The notes under the pieces: model-generated
What the model was told of the DNA's origin: nothing
Seen by the model: only the letters and a program-made list of their open reading frames with translations
The model's database searches: none
Position numbers and translations under genes: made by a program
Assembly (NCBI GenBank): GCA_963806015.1
Contig: CAWDWM010000008.1
Span: forward strand, 57,337 to 121,336
Reading direction: 5' to 3'
DNA length: 64,000 nucleotides
DNA from: an uncultured Actinomycetes bacterium
GTDB taxonomy: Bacteria; Actinomycetota; Thermoleophilia; Solirubrobacterales; Solirubrobacteraceae
In this document: positions 56,312 to 64,000 of the stretch, piece by piece
Numbering within the stretch: the first letter of the stretch is position 1
Layout: each line of letters begins with the position of its first letter

Positions 56312-56890
56312 ATGGCAGGCCGCCCGCGCACCCACTCCGACGACGCGCTTCTGGACGCCACCTTCCGCGCTGTCGGCGCCGTCGGGCCCGCGCGCCTGAC
56401 GCTGGCCGACGTCGCCCGCGAGGCCGGGGTCGCGCCGGCGACGCTGGTGCAGCGCTTCGGCTCCAAGCGCGAGCTGCTGATGGCCGCAGCGGCGCGCGGC
56501 GCGGCCCGGGCGCGCACGGCGCTGCCGGTGCCCGGCGACGCGCCGCTGGCCGCGCTGACCGATGGACTGGTCGCCCTCACCGCGCCCGTGCGCGAGCCCG
56601 CCGCCTTCGCCAACCATCTGGCCCTGCTGCAGCTCGATCTCGCCGATCCGCAGCTGCGCGCGCTCGCCGTCGCCCACGCCCGCGCACTGCGGCGCGGGAT
56701 CCGCGCGCTGCTCGACGCGGCGGTCCTCGCGGGCGAGCTCGAGCCCTGCGACACCCGCGCTCTGGCCGACGCCGTCCACGCGACCTTCCACGGCGCGCAG
56801 CTCGACTGGGCCGTCGATCGGCGTGGCACGCTCGCCGGTCGCGTGCGCCGCGCGCTGGATGCAGTGCTTGCGCCAGGACTCCTCGACTGA
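56312..56890 (+). CDS. TetR/AcrR family transcriptional regulator
   Basis: ATG 56312. The N-terminal HTH reads LTLADVAREAGVAPATLVQRFGSKRELL. Confidence 0.85.
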   Translation: MAGRPRTHSDDALLDATFRAVGAVGPARLTLADVAREAGVAPATLVQRFGSKRELLMAAAARGAARARTALPVPGDAPLAALTDGLVALTAPVREPAAFANHLALLQLDLADPQLRALAVAHARALRRGIRALLDAAVLAGELEPCDTRALADAVHATFHGAQLDWAVDRRGTLAGRVRRALDAVLAPGLLD

Positions 56891-56911
56891 GCTTCGCGGC
56901 GCTATCGTCGG

Positions 56912-58165
56912 GTGTTCATGCCCGCAGTCTTCGAGATCGAGCAGGCACTCCTCCTGTTGGAGATCGAGCCGCCGTTCGACCAACGTGACGTCCAGCTCGC
57001 GCGCCGGCGGCTGGCCAAGGTCTGGCACCCCGACCTCGCGCCGCCCGGGCGCCAGTTCGAGCACGAGCGCCACCTGAAGGCGATCAACGATGCCGCCGAC
57101 CAGCTCATCTCGCTGGCCGAGGGCTCGCGCGGCGGGCGCGTGTCGCGCAACGCGGTCAGGGTCAGCGCCGCCGCATCGCGCAAGGCGCGCGCCGAGGAGG
57201 GCCGCCGCGCCTACGAGGCCGAGCAGCGCGCCCGCGCCGCGGCCGCCGATCAGGCCAAGCACGATCCCTTCGGTTCGCGGATGCCCGACCACTCGGTCGT
57301 GCATCGCTACGCGCGCTGCCTGAGCTATCCGGAGTGGGGCGTCGGCTCGGTCACCGGCATCTACTTCACGGGCTCCGGCGACGACGTCCAGCAGTGGGCG
57401 CGCGTGAAGTTCTCGCCCGGCGTGCGCACGGTCCCGGCCGGCTCGCTGCAGTTCGTCGACTTCTCCAAGCCCGACCCCGGCGCCGAGCGCGTGCAGCGCT
57501 TCATGACCGCCGCCCAGCACGCGATGGCCGAGGGCGACTACCCGCTGGCCGCCAGGCGCCTGATCTTCGCGCGCGACGCCGAGCCGACCAATGCCGCCGT
57601 CCTGCGCCTCATGACGCTCGCCTTCTGGCAGGCGGGCGAGCTCACCGCCGCGGGCCGCGCCGTGCGCGACTGGGCACGCGTCGAGGGCGATCGCCCCGCG
57701 CCGCACCGCTTCGCCGCGCGCATCTACGAGGACATGGGCGCGATCGACCTCGCGGCCGAGGCGGCCGACCGCGCCGCCGCGCGCGGCCCGCAGGACGCCG
57801 ACGCGTGGGAGCGCGTGGGCCGCCTGCGCCTGCGCCTGATGGACCGCGCGGCGGCCATCACCGCGCTCGAGATGGCGCGCCGGCTCGGCCCCAGCGTCGA
57901 GGGGCTGCTCGACCTCGCGCTCGCCCACCACCTCGCCGGCGACCTCGGCGCGGAGGTCACCGCCACCGAGCAGGCGACGCTGCTGGAGCCCTCCTCGGCT
58001 CCCGCTTGGGCGCGCTACGCGCACGCGCTCGCGCGCACCGACCGCATCTCCGACGCGATCGCGGCGGCCGAGCGCGCGGTGGAGCTCAACCGCGACGACG
58101 GCGAGGTCGCCGATCTCCTCGAACGCCTGCGCGCGGCGCTACCGCGCGTGCTGCCCGCGGCGTGA
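56912..58165 (+). CDS. J-domain protein with central DUF3553-like beta domain and C-terminal TPR repeats
   Basis: J-domain pattern LARRRLAKVWHPDLAP (HPD motif)...LKAINDAADQL. The central part reads YPEWGVGSVTGIYFTG...ARVKFSPGVRTV. The C-terminal half consists of TPR-like helices. Confidence 0.65.
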   Translation: MFMPAVFEIEQALLLLEIEPPFDQRDVQLARRRLAKVWHPDLAPPGRQFEHERHLKAINDAADQLISLAEGSRGGRVSRNAVRVSAAASRKARAEEGRRAYEAEQRARAAAADQAKHDPFGSRMPDHSVVHRYARCLSYPEWGVGSVTGIYFTGSGDDVQQWARVKFSPGVRTVPAGSLQFVDFSKPDPGAERVQRFMTAAQHAMAEGDYPLAARRLIFARDAEPTNAAVLRLMTLAFWQAGELTAAGRAVRDWARVEGDRPAPHRFAARIYEDMGAIDLAAEAADRAAARGPQDADAWERVGRLRLRLMDRAAAITALEMARRLGPSVEGLLDLALAHHLAGDLGAEVTATEQATLLEPSSAPAWARYAHALARTDRISDAIAAAERAVELNRDDGEVADLLERLRAALPRVLPAA

Positions 58166-59028
58166 TCGCCTGGACCTTCGACCGCGCGGCGCTGGGCGCG
58201 CCGCCGGACGGCGTCGAGCTGGCCGCGGAGCTCGGGCCCGACGTCGAGTTCGCCGTCGTGCATTGGGAGGACCTGCGCGCGCTCGACGGGCTGTCCGGAC
58301 TGCGCGTGCTGCAGACCGTGTCGGCGGGCGTCGACTGGATCATCGACCGCGTACCCGAAGGGGTGACGCTGTGCAGCGCCCGGGGCGCGCGCGACCGGGC
58401 GGTGGCCGAATGGGTGATGGCAGCGATCCTGGCCGACGCCAAGCGCGCTCGCGAGTGCGCCGAGCAGCAGAGCCGGCGCCACTGGGAGTTCGTCACGCTG
58501 GGCGACGCATCGGGGTTGCGCGTCCTCGTGCTCGGCTTCGGCTCCATCGCACGCACGCTGGCGGCGATGCTCGTCCCGTTCGACTGCGAGGTCGTGGGTG
58601 TGGCCCGGAGCGCGCGCGACGGCGTCCACGGCAGCGACGAGCTGCCGGTCCTGCTGCCCGAGGCCGACGTCGTCGTCAACCTGCTGCCGCTCACCGACGC
58701 CACCCAGGGCTCGATCGGCGCCCGCGAGCTGGCGGCCATGCGCGAGGGCGCGCTCTACGTCAACGCAGGGCGCGGCGCCACGACCGACACTGCGGCGCTC
58801 GTCGCCGCGCTGCAGGCCGGGCGCATCCGCGCCGTGCTCGACGTCGTCGATCCCGAGCCGCTGCCCTCCGACCATCCGCTGTGGGCGGCGCCGGGCGTGA
58901 TGATCAGCCCGCACAGCGCGGGTGACACGCCGGGGGCCGATCGCGCGGCGTGGAGCCTCGCCGGGGCGCAGCTGCGCCGCTACGCGGCCGGCGAGCCGCT
59001 GGAGAACGTGGTCGACAACGGGTACTGA
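58162..59028 (+). CDS. D-2-hydroxyacid dehydrogenase family protein (NAD-binding)
   Basis: GTG 58162 overlaps the upstream stop (GTGA). VLVLGFGSIARTLA (GxGxxG), NAGRG and ISPHSAG are conserved motifs of this family. Confidence 0.8.
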   Translation: MIAWTFDRAALGAPPDGVELAAELGPDVEFAVVHWEDLRALDGLSGLRVLQTVSAGVDWIIDRVPEGVTLCSARGARDRAVAEWVMAAILADAKRARECAEQQSRRHWEFVTLGDASGLRVLVLGFGSIARTLAAMLVPFDCEVVGVARSARDGVHGSDELPVLLPEADVVVNLLPLTDATQGSIGARELAAMREGALYVNAGRGATTDTAALVAALQAGRIRAVLDVVDPEPLPSDHPLWAAPGVMISPHSAGDTPGADRAAWSLAGAQLRRYAAGEPLENVVDNGY

Positions 59029-59056
59029 GATCGCGCCGCTGAAATAAGCTCGGGGC

Positions 59057-60412
59057 GTGGTGACCCCCTCGCTGGTCACGCTCGCCCAGGCGCTGGGCCC
59101 GGTGCAGCAGGACCACCTGCTGCAGGCGCGCCAGATGCAGGCGCTCTCGTTCGCCGTGCACATCCCGCTCGTGTGCTTCGGCATCGCCTTTCCCGTGATG
59201 GTGCTGGTCATGGAGTGGATGGGCCACCGCACCGGCAACCCGGTCTACCTCGCGATCGCTCGCCGCTGGAGCCGGATCATGGTCGCCCTCTTCGCCGTGG
59301 GCGTCATCACGGGCACAATCCTCAGCTTCGAGATGGGCCTTCTGTGGCCGAACTTCACGGCCACGTTCGGCGGCGTCTTCGGCCTCGGCTTCGCGATCGA
59401 GGGCTTCTCGTTCTTCCTCGAGGCGATCTTCATCGGGATCTACATCTACGGCTGGGACCGCCTGTCGCCGCGCGCGCACATGCTCAGCGCGCTGCCGATC
59501 GTCTTCACCGGCTTCACCGGCTCGTGGATGGTCATCGCCGTCAACGCGTGGATGAACCACCCGACCGGATTCCGCCTCGTCCGCGGCGAGGCGGTCGACA
59601 TCCACCCGGTGCACGCCCTTTTCGGCAACACCTATCTGTGGCACGAGCTCGTCCACATGTACCTGGCGGGCTACATCGTCACCGGCTTCGTCGTCGCCGG
59701 GACCTATGCGATCGCGCGCCTGCGCGGGCGCTGGGGCCGCTACGAGCGCACGGCGCTCGTGGTGCCGCTGACCATCGCCGCACTGGCCTCGCCGGTGCAG
59801 CTGCTGGTCGGCGACTGGGCCGCGCGCGACGTGGCCGAGTCCCAGCCAACGAAGCTTGCGGCGCTCGAGGGCCTCGGCCGGACCGAGAAGGGCGCGCCGA
59901 TCCACCTCCTCGGCTGGTACCACGACGGCGAGGTGAAGTTCGGCATCGGGATCCCCAAGATGCTCTCGGTGCTGTCCTTCCACGATCCCAACGCCCGCGT
60001 GGAGGGCCTCGACGCCGTCCCGCCCGCCGAGCGGCCGCCGGTCAACATCGTGCGCATCTGCTTCCAGATGATGGTCGGCATCGGGACGCTGCTGGCGGCG
60101 CTGGGCGCGCTCGTGCTCTACCGGTGCGTGCGGCGCCCAGCCCTGCCCGAGTGGCGCTGGTTCTACTTCGCCCTCGCGGCCGCGGGCCCGCTGTCGGTGG
60201 TCGCCCTGATCTGCGGGTGGATCGTGACCGAGGTCGGGCGCCAGCCGTGGGTCGTCTATCGCGTGATGCCGACCTCGCAGGCGGTCACCAACGCCGGCGG
60301 CATCCCGGTCGGCTACGCGACGCTGTGGATCGTCTACCTGGCGGTGGGCGCGGGCGTCGTGTGGATCCTGCGGCGCCTGGCGCGCGCACCGCTGCCCGTG
60401 GCGGAGGACTGA
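59057..60412 (+). CDS. cydA: cytochrome bd ubiquinol oxidase subunit I
   Basis: QMQALSFAVHIPLVCFGIAFP, GTILSFEMGLLWP, the Q-loop region and GWIVTEVGRQPWVVY are canonical CydA blocks. Confidence 0.9.
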   Translation: MVTPSLVTLAQALGPVQQDHLLQARQMQALSFAVHIPLVCFGIAFPVMVLVMEWMGHRTGNPVYLAIARRWSRIMVALFAVGVITGTILSFEMGLLWPNFTATFGGVFGLGFAIEGFSFFLEAIFIGIYIYGWDRLSPRAHMLSALPIVFTGFTGSWMVIAVNAWMNHPTGFRLVRGEAVDIHPVHALFGNTYLWHELVHMYLAGYIVTGFVVAGTYAIARLRGRWGRYERTALVVPLTIAALASPVQLLVGDWAARDVAESQPTKLAALEGLGRTEKGAPIHLLGWYHDGEVKFGIGIPKMLSVLSFHDPNARVEGLDAVPPAERPPVNIVRICFQMMVGIGTLLAALGALVLYRCVRRPALPEWRWFYFALAAAGPLSVVALICGWIVTEVGRQPWVVYRVMPTSQAVTNAGGIPVGYATLWIVYLAVGAGVVWILRRLARAPLPVAED

Positions 60413-60415
60413 CGC

Positions 60416-61648
60416 ATGTCGCTGCAGGAGCTGCCGATGGTCTTCGTCCTCCTGGGCCTCGTGTTCTACGTCGTGCTCGGCGGGGCCGACTTCGGTGCTG
60501 CCATGTGGCAGTTCGCCGTCGGCCGGGGCGAGCGCGGCGAGCGCATCCGCGAGCACGCGCACGAGGCGGTCGGACCGGTCTGGGAGGCCAACCACGTCTG
60601 GCTGATCTTCGTGCTGACCGTGACGTGGACCGCCTACCCGGCCGCCTTCGGCTCGCTGGCCTCGACGCTGTGCGTGGCCCTGTTCGTCGCCGGGCTGGGC
60701 ATCATCGTCCGCGGCGCGGCCTACGCGCTGCGCAGCGGGACCACGGATCCGCGCGAGATCGGGCGCATCGACGCCGCCTCGGCGATCTCCTCGGTCCTGA
60801 CGCCCTTCGCGCTGGGCGCCGCGATCGGCGGGCTGGCCACGGGCCGCGTGCCCTTCGGCAACGCCGAGGGCGACCTCATCACGAGCTGGCTGAACCCGAC
60901 CTCGATCTTCATCGGGGCGCTTGCCGTTGCCTTCTGCGCCTACCTGGCCGCCGTCTACCTCTCCGCCGACGCGGCTCGCCGCGGCGAGGGCGACCTCGTC
61001 GCGGCCTTCCGGGCGCGCGCGCTGGGGGCGGGGGCCGTCAGCGGGGTCCTCTCGATAGCCGGCCTCGTCGTGCTCCATCACGACGCCTACCGGCTCTACC
61101 ACGAGCTCGTCGCCGGCGACGGTCGGCCCGCCGTGATCGTCTCGGTCCTCGCTGGCCTCGCCACCTTCGGGCTCGTCGTGCGCGAGCGCTTCGAGCCCGC
61201 GCGCTACACCGCGGGTCTGGCCGTCGCGGCCATCGTCGCCGGCTGGGCGCTGGCCCAGTCGCCGATCTTCCTGCCCGGCCTCACGGTCAAGGAGGCCGCG
61301 GCGCCCCACGACGTGCTGGTGGCGATCACCGTCGCCGTCCTCGGTGGCGCGGTCATCCTCTTCCCGTCGCTCGTGCTCCTCTTCCGGCTCACCCTCGGCG
61401 GTCGGCTGGGCCACGGCCATGAGGAGCAGGCGGCGACGGCGGTGGCACGGCGCGAGCTCGTGCTCGCCGCCGCCCCCGGACTGCTGGGCCGCGTGGCCGG
61501 GGCGTGCCTGCTGGCCGGCTTCGGGCTGCTCACCGTCGCAGAGGCGGGGTGGGCGCACGCGCTCGGCATCGTCGCCCTCTTCGGCTTCATCGTGGTGGGC
61601 TTCGCCGGCGCCGTCCCGGCATTCCTCGAGGGCGAGGCGGGCGCCTAG
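60416..61648 (+). CDS. cydB: cytochrome bd ubiquinol oxidase subunit II with a C-terminal two-helix extension
   Basis: VVLGGADFGAAMW...GPVWEANHVWLIF is the CydB N-terminal signature. The last 70-75 aa or so, after LFRLTLGGRL, form two extra hydrophobic helices. Confidence 0.85.
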   Translation: MSLQELPMVFVLLGLVFYVVLGGADFGAAMWQFAVGRGERGERIREHAHEAVGPVWEANHVWLIFVLTVTWTAYPAAFGSLASTLCVALFVAGLGIIVRGAAYALRSGTTDPREIGRIDAASAISSVLTPFALGAAIGGLATGRVPFGNAEGDLITSWLNPTSIFIGALAVAFCAYLAAVYLSADAARRGEGDLVAAFRARALGAGAVSGVLSIAGLVVLHHDAYRLYHELVAGDGRPAVIVSVLAGLATFGLVVRERFEPARYTAGLAVAAIVAGWALAQSPIFLPGLTVKEAAAPHDVLVAITVAVLGGAVILFPSLVLLFRLTLGGRLGHGHEEQAATAVARRELVLAAAPGLLGRVAGACLLAGFGLLTVAEAGWAHALGIVALFGFIVVGFAGAVPAFLEGEAGA

Positions 61649-61657
61649 CTTCGGGCG

Positions 61658-63220
61658 CTAGTCGTCGAGGCGGTAGTCGAGGTCGCCCTCGAGGTCGGCG
61701 ACGTCCATCTGCGCCTTCTGCAGCTTGCCCGCGTAGTCCCAGTTGAGCGCCTGCCAGCGGGTGAACTGGTCGATGACCCATATGCCCGACTGGCGCGAGC
61801 CGTTGCCGGACTTGCCGTTGCCGCCGAACGGGAGGTGGGCCTCGGCGCCGCTGGTCGAGTTGTTGACGCTGACCATGCCGGCGCTGATGCGCTCGCGATA
61901 GCGGAAGGCGTGCTTGGGGCTCGTCGTGTAGATCGATGCGCTCAGGCCGTAGCCGTGGCCGTTGGCCAGCTCGATGGCCTCCTCCCAGTCGCCGAAGGAC
62001 GCCACGCCGACCATCGGGCCGAAGGTCTCGGTGTTGGCGAGGTCGTCGTCGGCGCGCACGCCGTCCACGAGCGTCGGGTGCACGAAGAGGCCCTTCTCGG
62101 GGTCGCCGCCCACGAAGCCCTCGCGGGGGTTCGCGGCCGTGATGCGCCCGGTGGCGCTCGAGCCGTGGACGCTGTGGTGGTCGCGGATGAGGCCGAGCCA
62201 CTCGCGCTCGAAGCGCTCCAGGAAGCGCTCGTGGATCATCGGCCCGTAGAGCACGTCCTGCGACGGGTCGCCGATCGCGGCGCCCTCGACGGCCGCCTTC
62301 AGGCGCGCGAAGAAGTCGTCGTGCACGCGCTCGTCGACGATCACGGTGCCCAGCGACGTGCAGCGCTGGCCGGCGGTCCCGAAGCCGCTGAACAGCGCCC
62401 CCTCGACGGCGAGGTCGAGGTCGGCGTCGTCCATGACGACCAGCGGGTTCTTGCCGCCGAGCTCCAGGCACGGCGACTGCAGATGGCGCCCGCACAGTTC
62501 GCCGATCCGCGCGCCCACGGCGCTGGAGCCGGTGAAGCCGACCTTGTCGACCAGGCCGCGATCGAGCGCCTGCTCGAGCCCGGCGAACGTCTGCGGGCCG
62601 TCGGCCAGCACCAGGTTCAGGACGCCGTCGGGCAGGCCCGCGTGGAGGAAGAGCTGGGCCAGCGCCTCGGCCACCGCCGGCGCGTACTCGGCCGGCTTCC
62701 ACACCGCCGCGTTGCCGCACAGCAGCGCCGGCACCAGGTACCAGGACGGCACGGCGACCGGGAAGTTGCCCGCGGTGATGATCGCCGCCACGCCGACGGG
62801 CGTGCGGAACGTGAACAGCTGCTTGTCGGACATCTCCGACGGCACCGTCTGCCCGTACAGCCGCCGGCCCTCGCCGACGAAGAAGTTGCAGGTGTCGACG
62901 ATCTCCTGCACCTCGCCCAGCGACTCGGCGTAGGGCTTGCCGATCTCGCGGGTGACCAGGCGCGAGAGGGCCTCCTTGTTCTCCTCCACCAGCCGCCCGA
63001 GCTGCTGGATGGCGCGCCCGCGCACGGGCGCCGGGACGGCAGCCCATTCGCGCTGCGCCGCGCGCGCCGCCTCGCAGGCGGCGACGAAGGTGCCGGCGTC
63101 GCCGAGCAGGACGTCGGCGACGGTCTGCGACGTGTCGGCCGGGTTGGTGGAGGTCTCACGGCCGCCGGGCGCGTCGGTGGCGGGGCGGCCGGCGATGATC
63201 GAACTGACGGTGCGGGACAT
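61658..63220 (-). CDS. aldehyde dehydrogenase family protein
   Basis: FTGSSAVG, LELGGKNP, the catalytic Cys context GQRCTS and ETFGPM. ATG 63220 is preferred over TTG 63229. Confidence 0.9.
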   Translation of the reverse strand: MSRTVSSIIAGRPATDAPGGRETSTNPADTSQTVADVLLGDAGTFVAACEAARAAQREWAAVPAPVRGRAIQQLGRLVEENKEALSRLVTREIGKPYAESLGEVQEIVDTCNFFVGEGRRLYGQTVPSEMSDKQLFTFRTPVGVAAIITAGNFPVAVPSWYLVPALLCGNAAVWKPAEYAPAVAEALAQLFLHAGLPDGVLNLVLADGPQTFAGLEQALDRGLVDKVGFTGSSAVGARIGELCGRHLQSPCLELGGKNPLVVMDDADLDLAVEGALFSGFGTAGQRCTSLGTVIVDERVHDDFFARLKAAVEGAAIGDPSQDVLYGPMIHERFLERFEREWLGLIRDHHSVHGSSATGRITAANPREGFVGGDPEKGLFVHPTLVDGVRADDDLANTETFGPMVGVASFGDWEEAIELANGHGYGLSASIYTTSPKHAFRYRERISAGMVSVNNSTSGAEAHLPFGGNGKSGNGSRQSGIWVIDQFTRWQALNWDYAGKLQKAQMDVADLEGDLDYRLDD

Positions 63221-63301
63221 GGCGCTCAACCTAGCGCGCGTGTGTCCAAGGTCCCCCGGCGCGGGCTAAAGGCGGGCCTCGCAGCGGTCGACCATCCACA
63301 G

Positions 63302-64000
63302 GTGCGCCGTCTCCTCGTCCTGCCCCTCCTGCTCGCCGGCATCGTGCTCGCGCCCGCGGCCGCCCAGGCCGCCACGCCGGGCGTGAACATCGTGGGCAGC
63401 GCCGACGTCGCCGCAGCGGCCGCCACGGGCGCCAAGACCGTCCGCGTGTTCGCCGTGCGCACCAACTTCCCGGCGGCCTACCCCGAGTTCAAGAGCATCG
63501 TCACGACCGCCGGCGCCAACGGCATGGGCGTCGTCTTCGTGCTCGTCGGCAACCGCGACGGGGCCGCGACGGACCCGACCGACTTCGCGAACTTCGCGGC
63601 CGGCTTCGCCGCCCAGATGAAGAGCGTGGGCGGCGCCACCGCCTACGAGGTGTGGAACGAGGAGGACGAGACCGACTTCTGGGGCGCGGCGGTGGACGCT
63701 GCGCACTACGCGGAGATCCTCAAGGCCGCCTACCCGCGCATCAAGGCAGCGGACCCGAGCGCGATGGTGCTGCTCGGACCGCTGACCGGCAACAACTACA
63801 ACTTCCTGGGCCAGATCTACGCCGCCGGCGCCGGCAGCTCGTTCGATGCCGCCGCGGTCCACACCGACACGGCCTGCCTCGTCGATCCGCCGAGCTCCTT
63901 CTATCGCGATGGCGGCAACGTCGCACGGTTCACCTTCCTCGGCTTCCGCACCGTCCATGACGTCATGGCCGCCAACGGCGATGGCGCCAAGCCGATCTGG
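63302..64000 (+). CDS. secreted TIM-barrel glycoside hydrolase (clan GH-A, GH5/GH39-like), N-terminal part; continues beyond the right edge
   Basis: Absent from the ORF track because it is open at the edge. GTG 63302 gives VRRLLVLPLLLAGIVLAPAAAQA/ATPGVNIVG... with YEVWNEEDE (acid/base Glu context) and strong GC3 bias. The listed antisense ORF 63266..63958 is its shadow. Confidence 0.55.
   Translation, partial: MRRLLVLPLLLAGIVLAPAAAQAATPGVNIVGSADVAAAAATGAKTVRVFAVRTNFPAAYPEFKSIVTTAGANGMGVVFVLVGNRDGAATDPTDFANFAAGFAAQMKSVGGATAYEVWNEEDETDFWGAAVDAAHYAEILKAAYPRIKAADPSAMVLLGPLTGNNYNFLGQIYAAGAGSSFDAAAVHTDTACLVDPPSSFYRDGGNVARFTFLGFRTVHDVMAANGDGAKPIW

Noticed and set aside
58904-61558. 884-aa minus-strand ORF, the longest in the window
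   Set aside because: It is exactly antisense to cydA and cydB, which have canonical motifs. The product is Arg/Gly/Asp/His/Pro-rich and low-complexity. Long stop-free antisense frames are expected at this GC content.

Overview
Very high-GC, actinobacterial-type chromosomal segment. The gene content resembles Solirubrobacterales/Conexibacter-like genomes, but that taxon is a guess. I support about 60 protein genes and saw no rRNA, tRNA or CRISPR array. Left to right: (1) 0-4 kb holds a partial secreted protein, an ECF sigma/anti-sigma pair, an M42 peptidase and a GH3 NagZ-like lipoprotein. (2) 4-12 kb is a metal block. A DUF4331 / TPR / NicO-RcnA-like operon is followed by two tandem Fur-family regulator + NiCoT (HoxN/NixA-type) permease modules. 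The first permease copy is frameshifted. A shared palindromic operator-like motif lies upstream of both the DUF4331 operon and the first Fur gene. (3) 12.6-48 kb is a large Wzx/Wzy-type polysaccharide locus: WecB, a TagA-family transferase, 8 further glycosyltransferases, 5 methyltransferases, pyruvyl and acetyl transferases, flippase, polymerase/ligase, Wzz-like protein, priming phosphoglycosyl transferase and a sugar dehydrogenase. It is interrupted at 15.9-22.5 kb by a complete lasso-peptide gene cluster: a 57-aa precursor too short for the ORF track, cyclase, split B1/B2, ABC exporter, HPr-kinase-like kinase and nucleotidyltransferase. (4) 48-64 kb is housekeeping-like: kynA-kynU, EttA, an ABC-2 exporter, SDR/TetR, a J-domain/TPR protein, a 2-hydroxyacid dehydrogenase, cydAB, an aldehyde dehydrogenase and a partial secreted glycosidase. 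Eight apparent single-base frameshifts (mostly 1-nt insertions) break otherwise well-conserved genes; they may be assembly errors or real decay. Many long ORFs in the track are antisense or out-of-frame shadows typical of high-GC DNA and were not called.
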